This document shows, in pieces, positions 9,532 through 19,590 of a stretch of 64,000 nt of DNA (positions are counted from its first letter, which is position 1; the number at the start of each line of letters is the position of its first letter). The notes below the pieces were generated by a model that did no database searches, had not been told where the DNA came from, and saw nothing but the letters and a program-made list of their open reading frames with translations. Source of the DNA: Candidatus Actinomarinales bacterium (GTDB lineage Bacteria; Actinomycetota; Acidimicrobiia; Actinomarinales; Actinomarinaceae). Location of the stretch: contig SGYR01000001.1 of the NCBI GenBank assembly GCA_004213405.1, positions 8,866 to 72,865 of the forward strand. The letters are read 5' to 3'. A program made the translations under genes and the position numbers.

Positions 9532-10827
9532 ATGAAAAATCGTAAAGCTTTAGCTTTGATTGCGATTTTAGCACTTGTTGCTACAGCTTGTGGCGGTAGT
9601 GATGGTGGAAGTGATGAAGCGGTAGTAGAAGTTGAAACAACTGAAGCTCCTGCAACTACTGAAGCCCCTACAACTACAGCTGCTCCTGCGTCTGCTGGTG
9701 ACCCATTGGTTTTGGCATCTTTAATGCCGTTATCAGGTGACCTTGCATCGTTAGGACCTGGTATTGCACTTGGAGCTCAAGTTGCCGTAGATCAAGTTAA
9801 TGCATTAGGCGGTGTTAATGGACAAGATGTTGTTTTTCTTGAAGGAGACAGCGGTTGTAATGCAGATGTAGCCCTAACAGGTTTACAAGATGTTATTGCA
9901 CAAGGTGCACAAGGAGTTATGGGTGCTGCATGTAGTAGTGCTACTTTAGCTCTTCTTTCAAGTGTTATTGAAGCAAATGTTGCTTTAGTATCACCTTCAA
10001 GTACAAGTCCTCAATTGACAACTGTTGAAAAAGGTGGAATGTTCTCAAGAACTGCACCATCTGACGCTTTTCAAGGCGTTGTATTAGCTGCAGAATTAGT
10101 AAAAGATGGTATTGAAACAATATCAATCATTTCTAGAGCTGATTCATACGGTAGAGGATTAGCAAATGCTACACTTGAAGCTTTTGAAGCTCAAGGTGGA
10201 AGCGTTGCAAACGTCGTGTACCATGCAGCAGATGCATCAGAGTTTTCAGCAGAAGTTACAGCTGTTGGTAAAGGAAATCCAGATGCTATTGTTGCTATCT
10301 TATTTCCAGATACAACTGGTTGTCCAATAGTTCAAGGAGCTTTTGAACAAGGCTTAACTGATATTCCATGGTATTTTACTGATGGAGTAAAAGACTCAGC
10401 AACACTTATCGAGTGTTCACAGGGTGCTCTTGAAGGATTCAAGGGTGTTGCACCTGGAGCATCAGAGAGTGCTGCATTGGAAAGCTTTAAAGCTCTTTAC
10501 TCTGCCGCTACAAATGGCGAAAATGAAACATTTATTTTTGCTCCACAAGCATATGACGCAGCAATGTTAATGATTTTGTCTGCTATTGCTAATGGAACAG
10601 ATGGTAAATCTATTGCAGGTGGAATGATTGCTGCATCAGGAGGCGGAACGCCTTGTATTGGTGCAGAATGTATTGATCTTGCATTAGCAGGAGAAGATTT
10701 TGATTATGTTGGTGCATCAGGTCCTATTGATTTAGATGCAAACGGTGATCCTACTGCAGGAACATACGACATTTATCAAATTCAAGGCAGCGATTATGTT
10801 GTTCTTGAAACAATAGATTATCCATAA
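9532..10827 (+). CDS. Branched-chain amino acid (Liv-type) ABC substrate-binding lipoprotein
   Basis: Lipobox VATAC, TTEAP linker, SPSSTSP, RTAPSDAFQG, YDA. Confidence 0.9.
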   Translation: MKNRKALALIAILALVATACGGSDGGSDEAVVEVETTEAPATTEAPTTTAAPASAGDPLVLASLMPLSGDLASLGPGIALGAQVAVDQVNALGGVNGQDVVFLEGDSGCNADVALTGLQDVIAQGAQGVMGAACSSATLALLSSVIEANVALVSPSSTSPQLTTVEKGGMFSRTAPSDAFQGVVLAAELVKDGIETISIISRADSYGRGLANATLEAFEAQGGSVANVVYHAADASEFSAEVTAVGKGNPDAIVAILFPDTTGCPIVQGAFEQGLTDIPWYFTDGVKDSATLIECSQGALEGFKGVAPGASESAALESFKALYSAATNGENETFIFAPQAYDAAMLMILSAIANGTDGKSIAGGMIAASGGGTPCIGAECIDLALAGEDFDYVGASGPIDLDANGDPTAGTYDIYQIQGSDYVVLETIDYP

Positions 10828-10845
10828 AAAGATAAATCTTTAAAT

Positions 10846-10878
10846 AAAAGCCCCTTGAGTTTTACTTAAGGGGCTTTT
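10846..10878. terminator. Bidirectional intrinsic terminator
   Basis: AAAAGCCCCTTGAGT-TTT-ACTTAAGGGGCTTTT between convergent genes. Confidence 0.85.
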
Positions 10879-11587
10879 ACATTTTCCCCAAATATAGTTC
10901 AATAACTTTTTCATCATTTAGAAGTTCTTTTCCAAGACCACTATATGCATTTCTTCCCTGGTCAAGAACATACCCTCTATTGCTTATCTCAAGTGATCTT
11001 CTTGCATTTTGTTCAACAATTAAAATTGAAACCCCAGAAGTGTTTATTTCTTCAATCGATTCAAAAACTTCATCAACTGCACTTGGAGACAAGCCTGCAG
11101 AAGGTTCGTCTAAAAGCAGTATTTCTGGTTTAGATATCAAAGCTCTACCCAAAGCTAACATCTGCCTTTGACCTCCAGATAAATTTCCAGCTTTTTCATT
11201 ATTCCTTTCTTTTAGAATAGGAAATAATTCATATACATCATCAAAATTTTTTTTATTCATTTTTTTTCTATTACCCATCTCAAGGTTTTCTTGCAATGAT
11301 AATGATGGGAAAACATTGTTTACCTGGGGTACATACCCAAGACCTTCATGGATAATTTTATACGTTGGAGTATTTGTTTTATCTGAGCCATTAAGGTAAA
11401 ACCTCCCAGCATTTATTTTTATTATTCCAACAATAGCTTTCAATAGTGTCGATTTACCAGCACCATTTGGACCAATAATTGAAACAATTTCACCAGAATT
11501 TAATACAAGGTCAACACCATTTAATATATTTAGACCCTTTACGTATCCAGCTGCAATTCCAGTACATTCAAGAACGGGTTTATTCAT
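10877..11587 (-). CDS. livF: Liv-type ABC ATPase
   Basis: GPNGAGKST, LSGGQRQM, DEPSAGL, VEQN. Confidence 0.9.
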   Translation of the reverse strand: MNKPVLECTGIAAGYVKGLNILNGVDLVLNSGEIVSIIGPNGAGKSTLLKAIVGIIKINAGRFYLNGSDKTNTPTYKIIHEGLGYVPQVNNVFPSLSLQENLEMGNRKKMNKKNFDDVYELFPILKERNNEKAGNLSGGQRQMLALGRALISKPEILLLDEPSAGLSPSAVDEVFESIEEINTSGVSILIVEQNARRSLEISNRGYVLDQGRNAYSGLGKELLNDEKVIELYLGKM

Positions 11588-12350
11588 TAGATTTTCCTAG
11601 ATAGGCTGAAACAACTTTTTCATTGGCTCTTATTTCGTCAGAACTTCCCTCAGCAATTACGGAACCTTCTGCTAAAACAACTATATGATCTGAAACTTTC
11701 ATCACTGCGCTAATATTATGTTCTACCATCAAAATTGAAATTCCCTCTTTTACAAAAGTATTTATCAAACTCAGAATATCTTCAGAAAGTTTTGGATTTA
11801 CACCTGCAAGAGGTTCATCCAACAGTAGAATTTTAGGTTTTTGAATAATTACACGTGCAAGCTCAAGTAACTTTTTTTGGCCTCCCGACAATTCTCTCGC
11901 ATAAGAATCTTTCATATGATAAAGATTTACCATGTTTAATACTTCATTCTTTCTTTCATTCAACTCTTGTTCTATTTTCGACTTAATTGAGGATTTAAAT
12001 AATGAATTAATAAATCTATCATTTTTTAATGAAGATGCAGAAAATAAAATATTTTCATTTACAGTCATTCTGTCAAAAACTTTTGTTAACTGAAATGTTC
12101 TCACCATTCCTAGCCTTGATATCTTAAAAGACTCTAGATTAGATATATTTTTTCCATCAAAAGTTGTAGTTCCACTATCTTGCTTTGTGAATCCTGTGAT
12201 TAGGTCAAAGAATGTTGTTTTTCCTGCCCCATTTGGGCCTATTAAGCTTATAATTTTGTTTCTTTCAAAATTTAAGCTGGTGATATCAACGGCCTTTAAC
12301 CCACCAAAGCTTTTTCTAAGATTTTTTATTTCAAGGATGTTATTTGACAT
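11580..12350 (-). CDS. livG: Liv-type ABC ATPase
   Basis: FGGLKAV, GPNGAGKTT, RTFQ, VEHN, AYLG. Confidence 0.9.
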   Translation of the reverse strand: MSNNILEIKNLRKSFGGLKAVDITSLNFERNKIISLIGPNGAGKTTFFDLITGFTKQDSGTTTFDGKNISNLESFKISRLGMVRTFQLTKVFDRMTVNENILFSASSLKNDRFINSLFKSSIKSKIEQELNERKNEVLNMVNLYHMKDSYARELSGGQKKLLELARVIIQKPKILLLDEPLAGVNPKLSEDILSLINTFVKEGISILMVEHNISAVMKVSDHIVVLAEGSVIAEGSSDEIRANEKVVSAYLGKSNE

Positions 12351-13395
12351 CTAAAAGCAATTCCTCTTTTTTACCCATTATTCCACTTGGTCTCAAAATC
12401 ATGAGAGCAATGATTAGAACACCTACCAACATAAACCTAACTCCTGCAATCTGTTGTCCATCAGCATTTTCAAAAATTAATGAAGCAAGTTGATCTGTTT
12501 CTGATATAAATGCCCAAAAAAGTATAGAGCCAAAAATTGGCCCCGAAATGCTTCCAACCCCGCCAAGGATCATTATTGCCCATATATAAAATGTCAATAA
12601 AGGAACAAACATCTCGACTTGTAATGTCCCATAATTAAATGCCAACAAGATACCAGATAGGCCTGCTATTGAAGCACCTAGCATGAAACTTTGTAATTTT
12701 AACCAAACAGCATTTTTTCCTAAAGCTCTTACAGCATCTTCATCTTCTCTTACTGCTCTCAAAGCTCTTCCCCATGGTGAATTCTGTAGCCTTTTTAATA
12801 GAAAAACTAAAAGGATAACCATGATCCATGAAAAAGTTGCCACCCAAAGCTGTCCCACAGAAACATCAAGTCTTAAAGAAAGGTCTTCTAAAAATTTAGG
12901 TCTTATATCTTGAAATACATCTGAAAAAGAAATAACTCCATAAACTCCACCCGTAAGATCTTCTTGATCTCTTACAACAAGTCTAAAAATTTCAGAAGAA
13001 GCAATTGTTACGATAGCCAAATAGTCACCGCGTAATCTTATCGCAGGAAGTCCTATTATTAATCCAAAAATAGCTGAAGCAACCAGTCCAATTAATATCG
13101 CTAAAAATAATGGCAGTCCTTCCTCATTTATACTTCCTTCTCGCCCTGCTGCATGTGGGATCAGAAGAATTGTTGTATACGCTCCAACACCCATAAAAGC
13201 AGCGTGTCCAAAATTAATTAATCCAGTCCATCCAAAGTGGATATTCAGTCCAATTGCAGAAATTGCATATATTCCAGCAAATGCCATTAAGTTTATGAAT
13301 ATCCTTGTTGGTCCTTCATCATTTAATAAATATATTGATCCAATTGAAAATACAATTAAAGATAAACCAATCAAATTTCTTTTCAAGTCGGTCAT
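12340..13395 (-). CDS. livM: Liv-type ABC permease
   Basis: NFGHAAF, RLRGDYLAIVT, GRALRAVRED. Confidence 0.9.
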   Translation of the reverse strand: MTDLKRNLIGLSLIVFSIGSIYLLNDEGPTRIFINLMAFAGIYAISAIGLNIHFGWTGLINFGHAAFMGVGAYTTILLIPHAAGREGSINEEGLPLFLAILIGLVASAIFGLIIGLPAIRLRGDYLAIVTIASSEIFRLVVRDQEDLTGGVYGVISFSDVFQDIRPKFLEDLSLRLDVSVGQLWVATFSWIMVILLVFLLKRLQNSPWGRALRAVREDEDAVRALGKNAVWLKLQSFMLGASIAGLSGILLAFNYGTLQVEMFVPLLTFYIWAIMILGGVGSISGPIFGSILFWAFISETDQLASLIFENADGQQIAGVRFMLVGVLIIALMILRPSGIMGKKEELLLDVK

Positions 13396-14309
13396 GATAT
13401 TCTTTCTTTTATTCCAAATATTCCTTGGGGCCTAATCAATAAGATAAATATCATTATCGCAAGTGCAATTGCATTTTTAGCTTCAGCGTGACCTTCCATA
13501 AAAGGTAGAGCTACAGAGACCTGAACAACTATCCCGATTATGAATCCACCAACCATTGCTCCAAAAGATGTTCCGATACCACCAAGTACGGTCCCTGCAA
13601 AAACCAAGAGTAGTATTAAAAATCCCATATTCCATCTGACGTCATTAATCATTCCCTGAAAAATTCCCGCAGTTCCTGCTAGCATTGACGAAAGAATCCA
13701 TGTATAAAGAATTATTCTGTCAGAATTAATTCCTGAAATATTTGCAAGTTCTGTTGAGTCTCTTACTGCTCTCATTTGTTTTCCAATACTTGTAAATGAA
13801 ATAAATAGCCCAAATATTACCATTATCAGAATTCCATAAACAATTATTTTAAAATCACGTGGAGTAAGGTCAAAAATAAAATACTGCTGTCTTCTTTGAA
13901 GGTCTAGGGGATAATCCTGTGGTTTACTTGATGCAAATATTAGATATAAATGTCTTAGAAAAATTGAAATACCGATTGTTATAACAAGAACGGCTATATT
14001 GCCAAAATCATTTCTTCTGAGAGGTCTAAACACACATAGCTCTAATAAAGCACCAAAAATTCCACAGATCATTATCGACAAAGCAAGGGAGAGTTCGAAG
14101 CTTAATCCTAACGGAGAAGTATTCTCCAAAAAAATATATCTTGATGTCGGAAGGTTAGAAAAAAAAGATGCCATTATTGCCCCCAAAGCAATAATTTCAC
14201 CATGAGCAAAATTAACTATTCTTGTGACACCATACAACAAAGATAGCGCTACAGAGGCTACAGAAATAATTATACCTAATAACAGCCCATTACCAAGTTG
14301 GTCTAACAA
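13392..14309 (-). CDS. livH: Liv-type ABC permease
   Basis: VNFAHGE, GKQMRAV, RPQGIFG. Confidence 0.9.
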   Translation of the reverse strand: MLDQLGNGLLLGIIISVASVALSLLYGVTRIVNFAHGEIIALGAIMASFFSNLPTSRYIFLENTSPLGLSFELSLALSIMICGIFGALLELCVFRPLRRNDFGNIAVLVITIGISIFLRHLYLIFASSKPQDYPLDLQRRQQYFIFDLTPRDFKIIVYGILIMVIFGLFISFTSIGKQMRAVRDSTELANISGINSDRIILYTWILSSMLAGTAGIFQGMINDVRWNMGFLILLLVFAGTVLGGIGTSFGAMVGGFIIGIVVQVSVALPFMEGHAEAKNAIALAIMIFILLIRPQGIFGIKERIS

Positions 14310-15167
14310 TCAGGAACCATCTTTTTCATCATAAAACTTAACATCAGAACCATCCTCTACAATTATCTTTAATTTATATACTTCATCAGCTTGGTTTAAA
14401 TATCCTATTGTAGCATCTATCCATGAGGCTGGGGTCTCTACTTTTCCTATAACTACAACTGCCAAATCTTCAGATACCCTTACTTCAAAATTTCCATTTA
14501 TCTTCAATTCTTCAACTTCTAATCCTTCACCAAGAAAGATGCTTCCAGTACCTGCAATTCTTGAATCGTTTAATTTAATGTTGTCTAAATTTATTTCGGA
14601 ATTGAAAGATATTAAATTTAGTTGCCACATGTTTTTATTTCCAATATTGACATTCCATCCCGCAACTTTTAAAAGAGTTGATGTTTGCATTTCTCGAAAC
14701 AAAACAGCTTTAGGTTCTCCAACTAAAGTTTCAACTGCTTCTGGGTAACCTATATTTCCTGGTTTATCTATAACGTCGGCCGTATAGCCTGTTTCATTAA
14801 AAGTATTTAAATTTATACTTCCACTTGTATCAATAACAAGTAAATATTCTGAATCTTTGTTGAGTTCCCTATTTTCTAGATATGAAGGGAAACTATAAGT
14901 TGTTAGAAATTTTGCATCAAAAATCTGAGCGATTGGAAACAATAATAAAACTGCTGATAGATATATAGATAGATAAAAATAAATCCTATTGGTAATTTTT
15001 TTGATGTTTAAATATAAATAAATAACTGCAGGAATAATAGTAAAAGGGAAAAAATCAATATAGTCATAGATAATAGAAGGTCTCAGATAACCAAAAAAAT
15101 ACAGGGCAATTTGAACAGCTATTATTGAAAATATAAAAATTTTAAAAGAATTTATATACTTAATCAC
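14310..15167 (-). CDS. Hypothetical membrane protein (N-terminal TMs, beta-rich C-terminal domain)
   Basis: Long ORF filling the space between tRNA and livH; about 3 hydrophobic N-terminal segments. Confidence 0.65.
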   Translation of the reverse strand: MIKYINSFKIFIFSIIAVQIALYFFGYLRPSIIYDYIDFFPFTIIPAVIYLYLNIKKITNRIYFYLSIYLSAVLLLFPIAQIFDAKFLTTYSFPSYLENRELNKDSEYLLVIDTSGSINLNTFNETGYTADVIDKPGNIGYPEAVETLVGEPKAVLFREMQTSTLLKVAGWNVNIGNKNMWQLNLISFNSEINLDNIKLNDSRIAGTGSIFLGEGLEVEELKINGNFEVRVSEDLAVVVIGKVETPASWIDATIGYLNQADEVYKLKIIVEDGSDVKFYDEKDGS

Positions 15168-15171
15168 TCAG

Positions 15172-15244
15172 AGCCGGAGAGGGGAGTCGAACCCCTGACC
15201 TGCCGATTACAAGTCGGCTGCTCTGGCCACTGAGCTACTCCGGC
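15172..15244 (-). tRNA. tRNA-Thr(UGU), CCA not encoded
   Basis: Reverse complement GCCGGAGTAGCTCAGTGGCCAGAGCAGCCGACT-TGT-AATCGGCAGGTCAGGGGTTCGACTCCCCTCTCCGGCT folds as a cloverleaf. Confidence 0.96.
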
Positions 15245-15277
15245 AAACAGTAAAATAATAGCAAAATCAGTATTGAA

Positions 15278-16012
15278 TCAGCTACTTTTTTTAAAAAAAT
15301 GGTTCATTGCAATCGCTGCAGCAACAGAGGCGTTAAGTGATTCGACAGTTTTGTTCATATTTATTTTTACAATTAAATCTAATTTGTTTTGTATCTCATT
15401 ACTTAATCCATTTTCTTCCGAACCAATAAATAGGGCAACTTTTTGATTATTCAAGTCAACATTCAATAAATCCTCTTTGGTATCCATTTCCAAGCCAACA
15501 GTCCAATACTCAAGTGACTTTAGTTTCTTGATTAAAGAAAAAATAGAATTATAAAAAACAATATTTACATTTTCAAGACCACCTGAAGAAATTGCAAAAG
15601 TTCTCTCTGAAATATTTACTGACCTTTTTTTTGGAATGCAAACTATATTAAAGTCAAATGCTGATGAAGTTCTGGTTATAGCACCAAAATTATTTGTATC
15701 TTGAATATGATCCAGTACAACAATGTTGCTAAGTGTTAACTGATCAAAAGTTTTTTCATCATAGGTCTTTTTGGGAGTACAAAGCGCAACAACCGAATGC
15801 CTATTGTTATATGTCCAACTATCTTTTTTACTAATTTTTTCAACTATTAATCCTTTATTTTTTGCTTTCTCAATTAATAGCTCTAAACGCTGTGATGTAG
15901 TTTTATCAGATTCTAAGAAGATAACTTTTTCTGCTCGATCAGAATCAATAGCACTATTTACTGAATTTATTCCTTCAACTATTTTCCCAATACCAGGCAC
16001 TATCATCACCAT
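15278..16012 (-). CDS. rlmB: 23S rRNA 2'-O-methyltransferase RlmB/TrmH family (start uncertain)
   Basis: DHIQDTNNFGAI, GSEENG, ESLNASVA; follows cysS. Confidence 0.85.
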   Translation of the reverse strand: MVMIVPGIGKIVEGINSVNSAIDSDRAEKVIFLESDKTTSQRLELLIEKAKNKGLIVEKISKKDSWTYNNRHSVVALCTPKKTYDEKTFDQLTLSNIVVLDHIQDTNNFGAITRTSSAFDFNIVCIPKKRSVNISERTFAISSGGLENVNIVFYNSIFSLIKKLKSLEYWTVGLEMDTKEDLLNVDLNNQKVALFIGSEENGLSNEIQNKLDLIVKINMNKTVESLNASVAAAIAMNHFFKKSS

Positions 16013-17372
16013 CCTTAATTAACAAGCCTATTTCTTTTAATTTATCTCTCATAACATCAGCTTGATTAAAATCCTTATCGCTTCTAAGTTTTTCTCTTTT
16101 TGCAAGAAATTCTTCCATTGCTTGTTCTAAATTGTCATAATTTATTTGAAATGTATTGAAAAATTTGGAAAGTTCATCGTGATTTATTTTTACATTATCT
16201 TTGATGTCAAAGTTAAAACCTAAGATTTCAAATATAAATTTAATAGTTTCTTTTAAATTTTTCTCTTCATCTTCACTGTAATTGCTTAGATTATTCATTT
16301 TTTCGAAGATTTCTCCTAAAAACTTTGGTGTATTTAAATCATCATTCATAGAATTTTTGAATGTTTCAATAACTGATAAATCTGAAACATTAGCCTTAAC
16401 ACCACTTGTGAAGTCCTGTATTCTTTTAAAAGTTGTTTTTGACTCTTCTAATAAGCCTTCGGAAAACTCCTGTGGCTTTCGATAGTGTGATCTTAAAAAG
16501 AAAAATCTAATAATATTTCCACCAAACTTATCTATATATTCATTTAGGAGTTTTATATTACCTTCCGATTTTGACATTTTTTGTCCTGAAAGATTAATCA
16601 TGCCATTATGTAACCAGTATTTTACAAATACTTGATTTTCAAATGCAGCAGAAGATTGTGCAAGCTCATTTTCATGGTGAGGAAAAATTAAATCATTACC
16701 TCCACAATGAATATCAATGCCCGAATTGAATATTTTATCTATCATGGCAGAGCATTCAATGTGCCACCCAGGCCTCCCATCCCCCCAAGGTGAATTCCAC
16801 GAGGGTTCGTTTTCCATTGAAATCTTCCATAGCGCAAAATCTTCAGTATTTTTCTTATCAGACTCTATGTCAACTCTGGTTCCAGAAATGACTTCATCTT
16901 TATTTCTACCCGATAATTTCAAATAATCTTTAAATTTAGTAACTTCAAAATAAACACCTGATTGTGTTACGTATGCATATTCATTTTCAATCAGGGTCTC
17001 AATAAAATTTATTATATGATCTATAGTCTCTGTAGCCTTGGGTTCATTATCTGGTGGTAAGCAATTCAGGTTCTTATAGGCATCTTGAAATTCTTTTGTT
17101 ACTCTATCAGCTAATTCCTTGGTAGTGATTCCTTCTTCTGCTGCCCTTTCAATTATTTTGTCTTCAATATCAGTTATATTTCTAACAAAATTAACTTCGT
17201 AGTCTAGATAAACCAGATATCTAATTAAAAAATCAAAAACTACAGCAGATCTTCCATGCCCAATGTGTGGTGAAGATTGTACTGTTGGGCCACAAAGATA
17301 AATTTTTACATTATCTGAAATTGGTTTAAACTCCTCCACAACGTTGGAATATGTATTATGTAGTTTAAGCAT
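15975..17372 (-). CDS. cysS: Cysteine-tRNA ligase
   Basis: CGPTV, HIGH, GRPGWHIECSAM, KMSKS. Confidence 0.97.
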   Translation of the reverse strand: MLKLHNTYSNVVEEFKPISDNVKIYLCGPTVQSSPHIGHGRSAVVFDFLIRYLVYLDYEVNFVRNITDIEDKIIERAAEEGITTKELADRVTKEFQDAYKNLNCLPPDNEPKATETIDHIINFIETLIENEYAYVTQSGVYFEVTKFKDYLKLSGRNKDEVISGTRVDIESDKKNTEDFALWKISMENEPSWNSPWGDGRPGWHIECSAMIDKIFNSGIDIHCGGNDLIFPHHENELAQSSAAFENQVFVKYWLHNGMINLSGQKMSKSEGNIKLLNEYIDKFGGNIIRFFFLRSHYRKPQEFSEGLLEESKTTFKRIQDFTSGVKANVSDLSVIETFKNSMNDDLNTPKFLGEIFEKMNNLSNYSEDEEKNLKETIKFIFEILGFNFDIKDNVKINHDELSKFFNTFQINYDNLEQAMEEFLAKREKLRSDKDFNQADVMRDKLKEIGLLIKDGDDSAWYWENS

Positions 17373-17835
17373 CTTTCACCGAAACTAATACAATACAAGC
17401 TGATGCTATACCATCTCCAATCACACCTAGGTTATCAAAAGACTTACCCTTTACATTTATTAATTGTTTGTCAATCCTTAGTAAATCAGCAAGATTTGAA
17501 ATAATAGCCTCAGATATTTTTGTAATGTTTATAACTTGTGAAACAACAGTTATGTCAATATTGTTTATAACTACTTTGTCATACTCAATAATTTCTAAAA
17601 CTTTATTTAACATTTCCACGCTCGATATATTTTTCGGCGTACTTTCATTAGATGGAAAATAAAAACCTAGATCTTTTTTTGCTTTAGATCCAAGCAATGC
17701 ATCGCTGAGTGAATGTAGAATTATATCTCCATCCGAATGAGCTTCAAAACCAGGTCCTTCGACCGATATCCCTCCGAGGACTAATTTTTCATCATTAGAA
17801 TGTTTGTGTATATCAAAACCATTACCTACAAGCAT
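17365..17835 (-). CDS. ispF: 2-C-methyl-D-erythritol 2,4-cyclodiphosphate synthase
   Basis: GFDIH, HSDGD, H..SDALLG. Confidence 0.93.
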   Translation of the reverse strand: MLVGNGFDIHKHSNDEKLVLGGISVEGPGFEAHSDGDIILHSLSDALLGSKAKKDLGFYFPSNESTPKNISSVEMLNKVLEIIEYDKVVINNIDITVVSQVINITKISEAIISNLADLLRIDKQLINVKGKSFDNLGVIGDGIASACIVLVSVKDA

Positions 17836-17861
17836 TATGCCTCTTTTGATTTATATATAAA

Positions 17862-18419
17862 TTATAAACCGTCGTCAGGGTCTTCCTCAGGAAGATATTG
17901 GTTAATTTTTTCTACAGCTGCTTCTTCATCAATACTTAATGCACATGCTATTTCACTTGCTAGAGTTGTTCTTGCTTTTGCTAGCATTCTCTTAAGTGCA
18001 GGTGATATGCCCTTGTTAATTTGAGCGTGTGTAAGGTCTCTAACAACTTCAGCAACCTGTATAACATCTCCAGAAGTCATTTTTTCTGTCAAAACTTTGT
18101 ACCATCTACTCCAATTAGTACCTGCCTCTTCTGGTTTTTCTTTAAATATAGGAAACACTTTTCTTGAGACTGCATTTTTTGAGATAACAGGTCTTATAAC
18201 TTCATCGACATTTTCTACTGGCACCATTACTAGTAATCCATCTGTAAGGACTTCAATCTCAAAGTACTGTCTTCGTTTTGATTTTACTTCACCATTTTCA
18301 TCAAAAATTTCAACATTCTTGTTAACTTTTCTAACAACTTTTGCAGCGCCATGGTGGGGATGAACTACAAATTGGTTTGGTTTATATTTATCAGCAGTTT
18401 TTTTTGTTTTTGTTGCCAT
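17862..18419 (-). CDS. carD: CarD RNA polymerase-binding factor (ATG at 18419 preferred over TTG 18431)
   Basis: VVHPHHGAA, NWSRWYK, AEVVRDL; carD-ispF-cysS-rlmB synteny. Confidence 0.9.
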   Translation of the reverse strand: MATKTKKTADKYKPNQFVVHPHHGAAKVVRKVNKNVEIFDENGEVKSKRRQYFEIEVLTDGLLVMVPVENVDEVIRPVISKNAVSRKVFPIFKEKPEEAGTNWSRWYKVLTEKMTSGDVIQVAEVVRDLTHAQINKGISPALKRMLAKARTTLASEIACALSIDEEAAVEKINQYLPEEDPDDGL

Positions 18420-18451
18420 AGATGTCAACAATACTATATATTCAGAACTAT

Positions 18452-19510
18452 TTAATGTCCATTTATATATGAAAAACCTATATTTTTAAGCAATGTATCG
18501 AAATAATCTCTTAATTGTTGTGCCCTACTTCTTCCAATACCCTCAACTTCAAACAATTTTTCTGGTGAAGCAGTGAGTAATTTTGGTAATGTTTTAAATT
18601 TTTGAATAATTTGATCATGTAAATTTTCAGGTAATCCTGGTAATCTTGCGAGAACCCTATATCCTTTTGATACTGAAATGTCATCAAGAGGTAGCTTGGA
18701 CAACACGCTGCCAAGATAATCTACCGCATTCAATTCATCATATGACAATTTACTTATATCATTAATAGCTTTAGTGGTAGTTCTAAATTTCCTTGCTGGA
18801 AGGTGGTCTTTTAAAACAAGATTTAATGTATTTAGAACACCTGATTCTAAAGAATCTATCTGAATCATGATCAATCCAGCATCCTCACCAAGTTTAAGTG
18901 CTTCAGCTTTGACTTGGTTAGCAAGCCGAGTAAGAAGTTCTCCTCTTTGAATGACTTCTAAAACTTCTTGATTTGTTAATGTGTTTTCAATCTCAAGCTC
19001 TCCTAAATTTGTTACAGCGTCGTCAAACCTTCTTCTCATCCTGTCAACTGATTGCAAAGATTCATTAACTCTTCCTAGTATTGCTGATGACTCCTCCAAC
19101 TCTATGGTCTGAAGGTTTTCAAATACTTTAATTAAAGAGGTTTCTTCAGATACAGCTATCACTGTCAAACCAGTAGAAGCTGAAGTTCGTTCTGCAGTTC
19201 TGTGCCTAGTTCCAGTTTGTGTAGTAGAAATTGAGTCACTTGGGTTTAAATGAACATTAGCTTTTAAAATTTTTGTAACACTCTCATTTACAACAATAGC
19301 GCCATCCATTTTTGATAATTCTGAAAGCATCTCAGGTGAAAATTCACAATCATTTAAAGTTAGTCCGCCTGAAGAAAGTTTTTGTAATTTTGTTGTTGAA
19401 CCTATGACGATTAGTGCTCCTGCTTTTTTGTCAGCAATTAAATCAACACCAATCCTTAAAGGTTGGCCTGGTAATAACTGACTTACACTTCTGTTATTGT
19501 TTAAGTTCAT
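18452..19510 (-). CDS. disA: DNA integrity scanning diadenylate cyclase DisA
   Basis: KMDGA and GTRHRTAER DAC motifs; C-terminal HhH VEGIG. Confidence 0.93.
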   Translation of the reverse strand: MNLNNNRSVSQLLPGQPLRIGVDLIADKKAGALIVIGSTTKLQKLSSGGLTLNDCEFSPEMLSELSKMDGAIVVNESVTKILKANVHLNPSDSISTTQTGTRHRTAERTSASTGLTVIAVSEETSLIKVFENLQTIELEESSAILGRVNESLQSVDRMRRRFDDAVTNLGELEIENTLTNQEVLEVIQRGELLTRLANQVKAEALKLGEDAGLIMIQIDSLESGVLNTLNLVLKDHLPARKFRTTTKAINDISKLSYDELNAVDYLGSVLSKLPLDDISVSKGYRVLARLPGLPENLHDQIIQKFKTLPKLLTASPEKLFEVEGIGRSRAQQLRDYFDTLLKNIGFSYINGH

Positions 19511-19590
19511 ATTCCTCTTTATTATTTGAACAATATTGTTATTTGAATGTTACTGTATTATTTTATAAATAGGGACAATAGGCTAATTAA

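Noticed and set aside
9637..9690. TTEAP tandem repeat in the SBP gene
   Set aside because: Ordinary flexible lipoprotein linker
10854..10870. CTTGAGT-N3-ACTTAAG resembling an HspR HAIR element
   Set aside because: Wrong spacer (3 instead of 7) and it forms a terminator stem between convergent genes
15172..15244. tRNA as an integration site for a genomic island
   Set aside because: No integrase and no duplicated tRNA 3' end seen
19520..19550. TTATTTGAA repeat and AACAATATTGTT palindrome upstream of disA
   Set aside because: Short and AT-rich, plausible by chance
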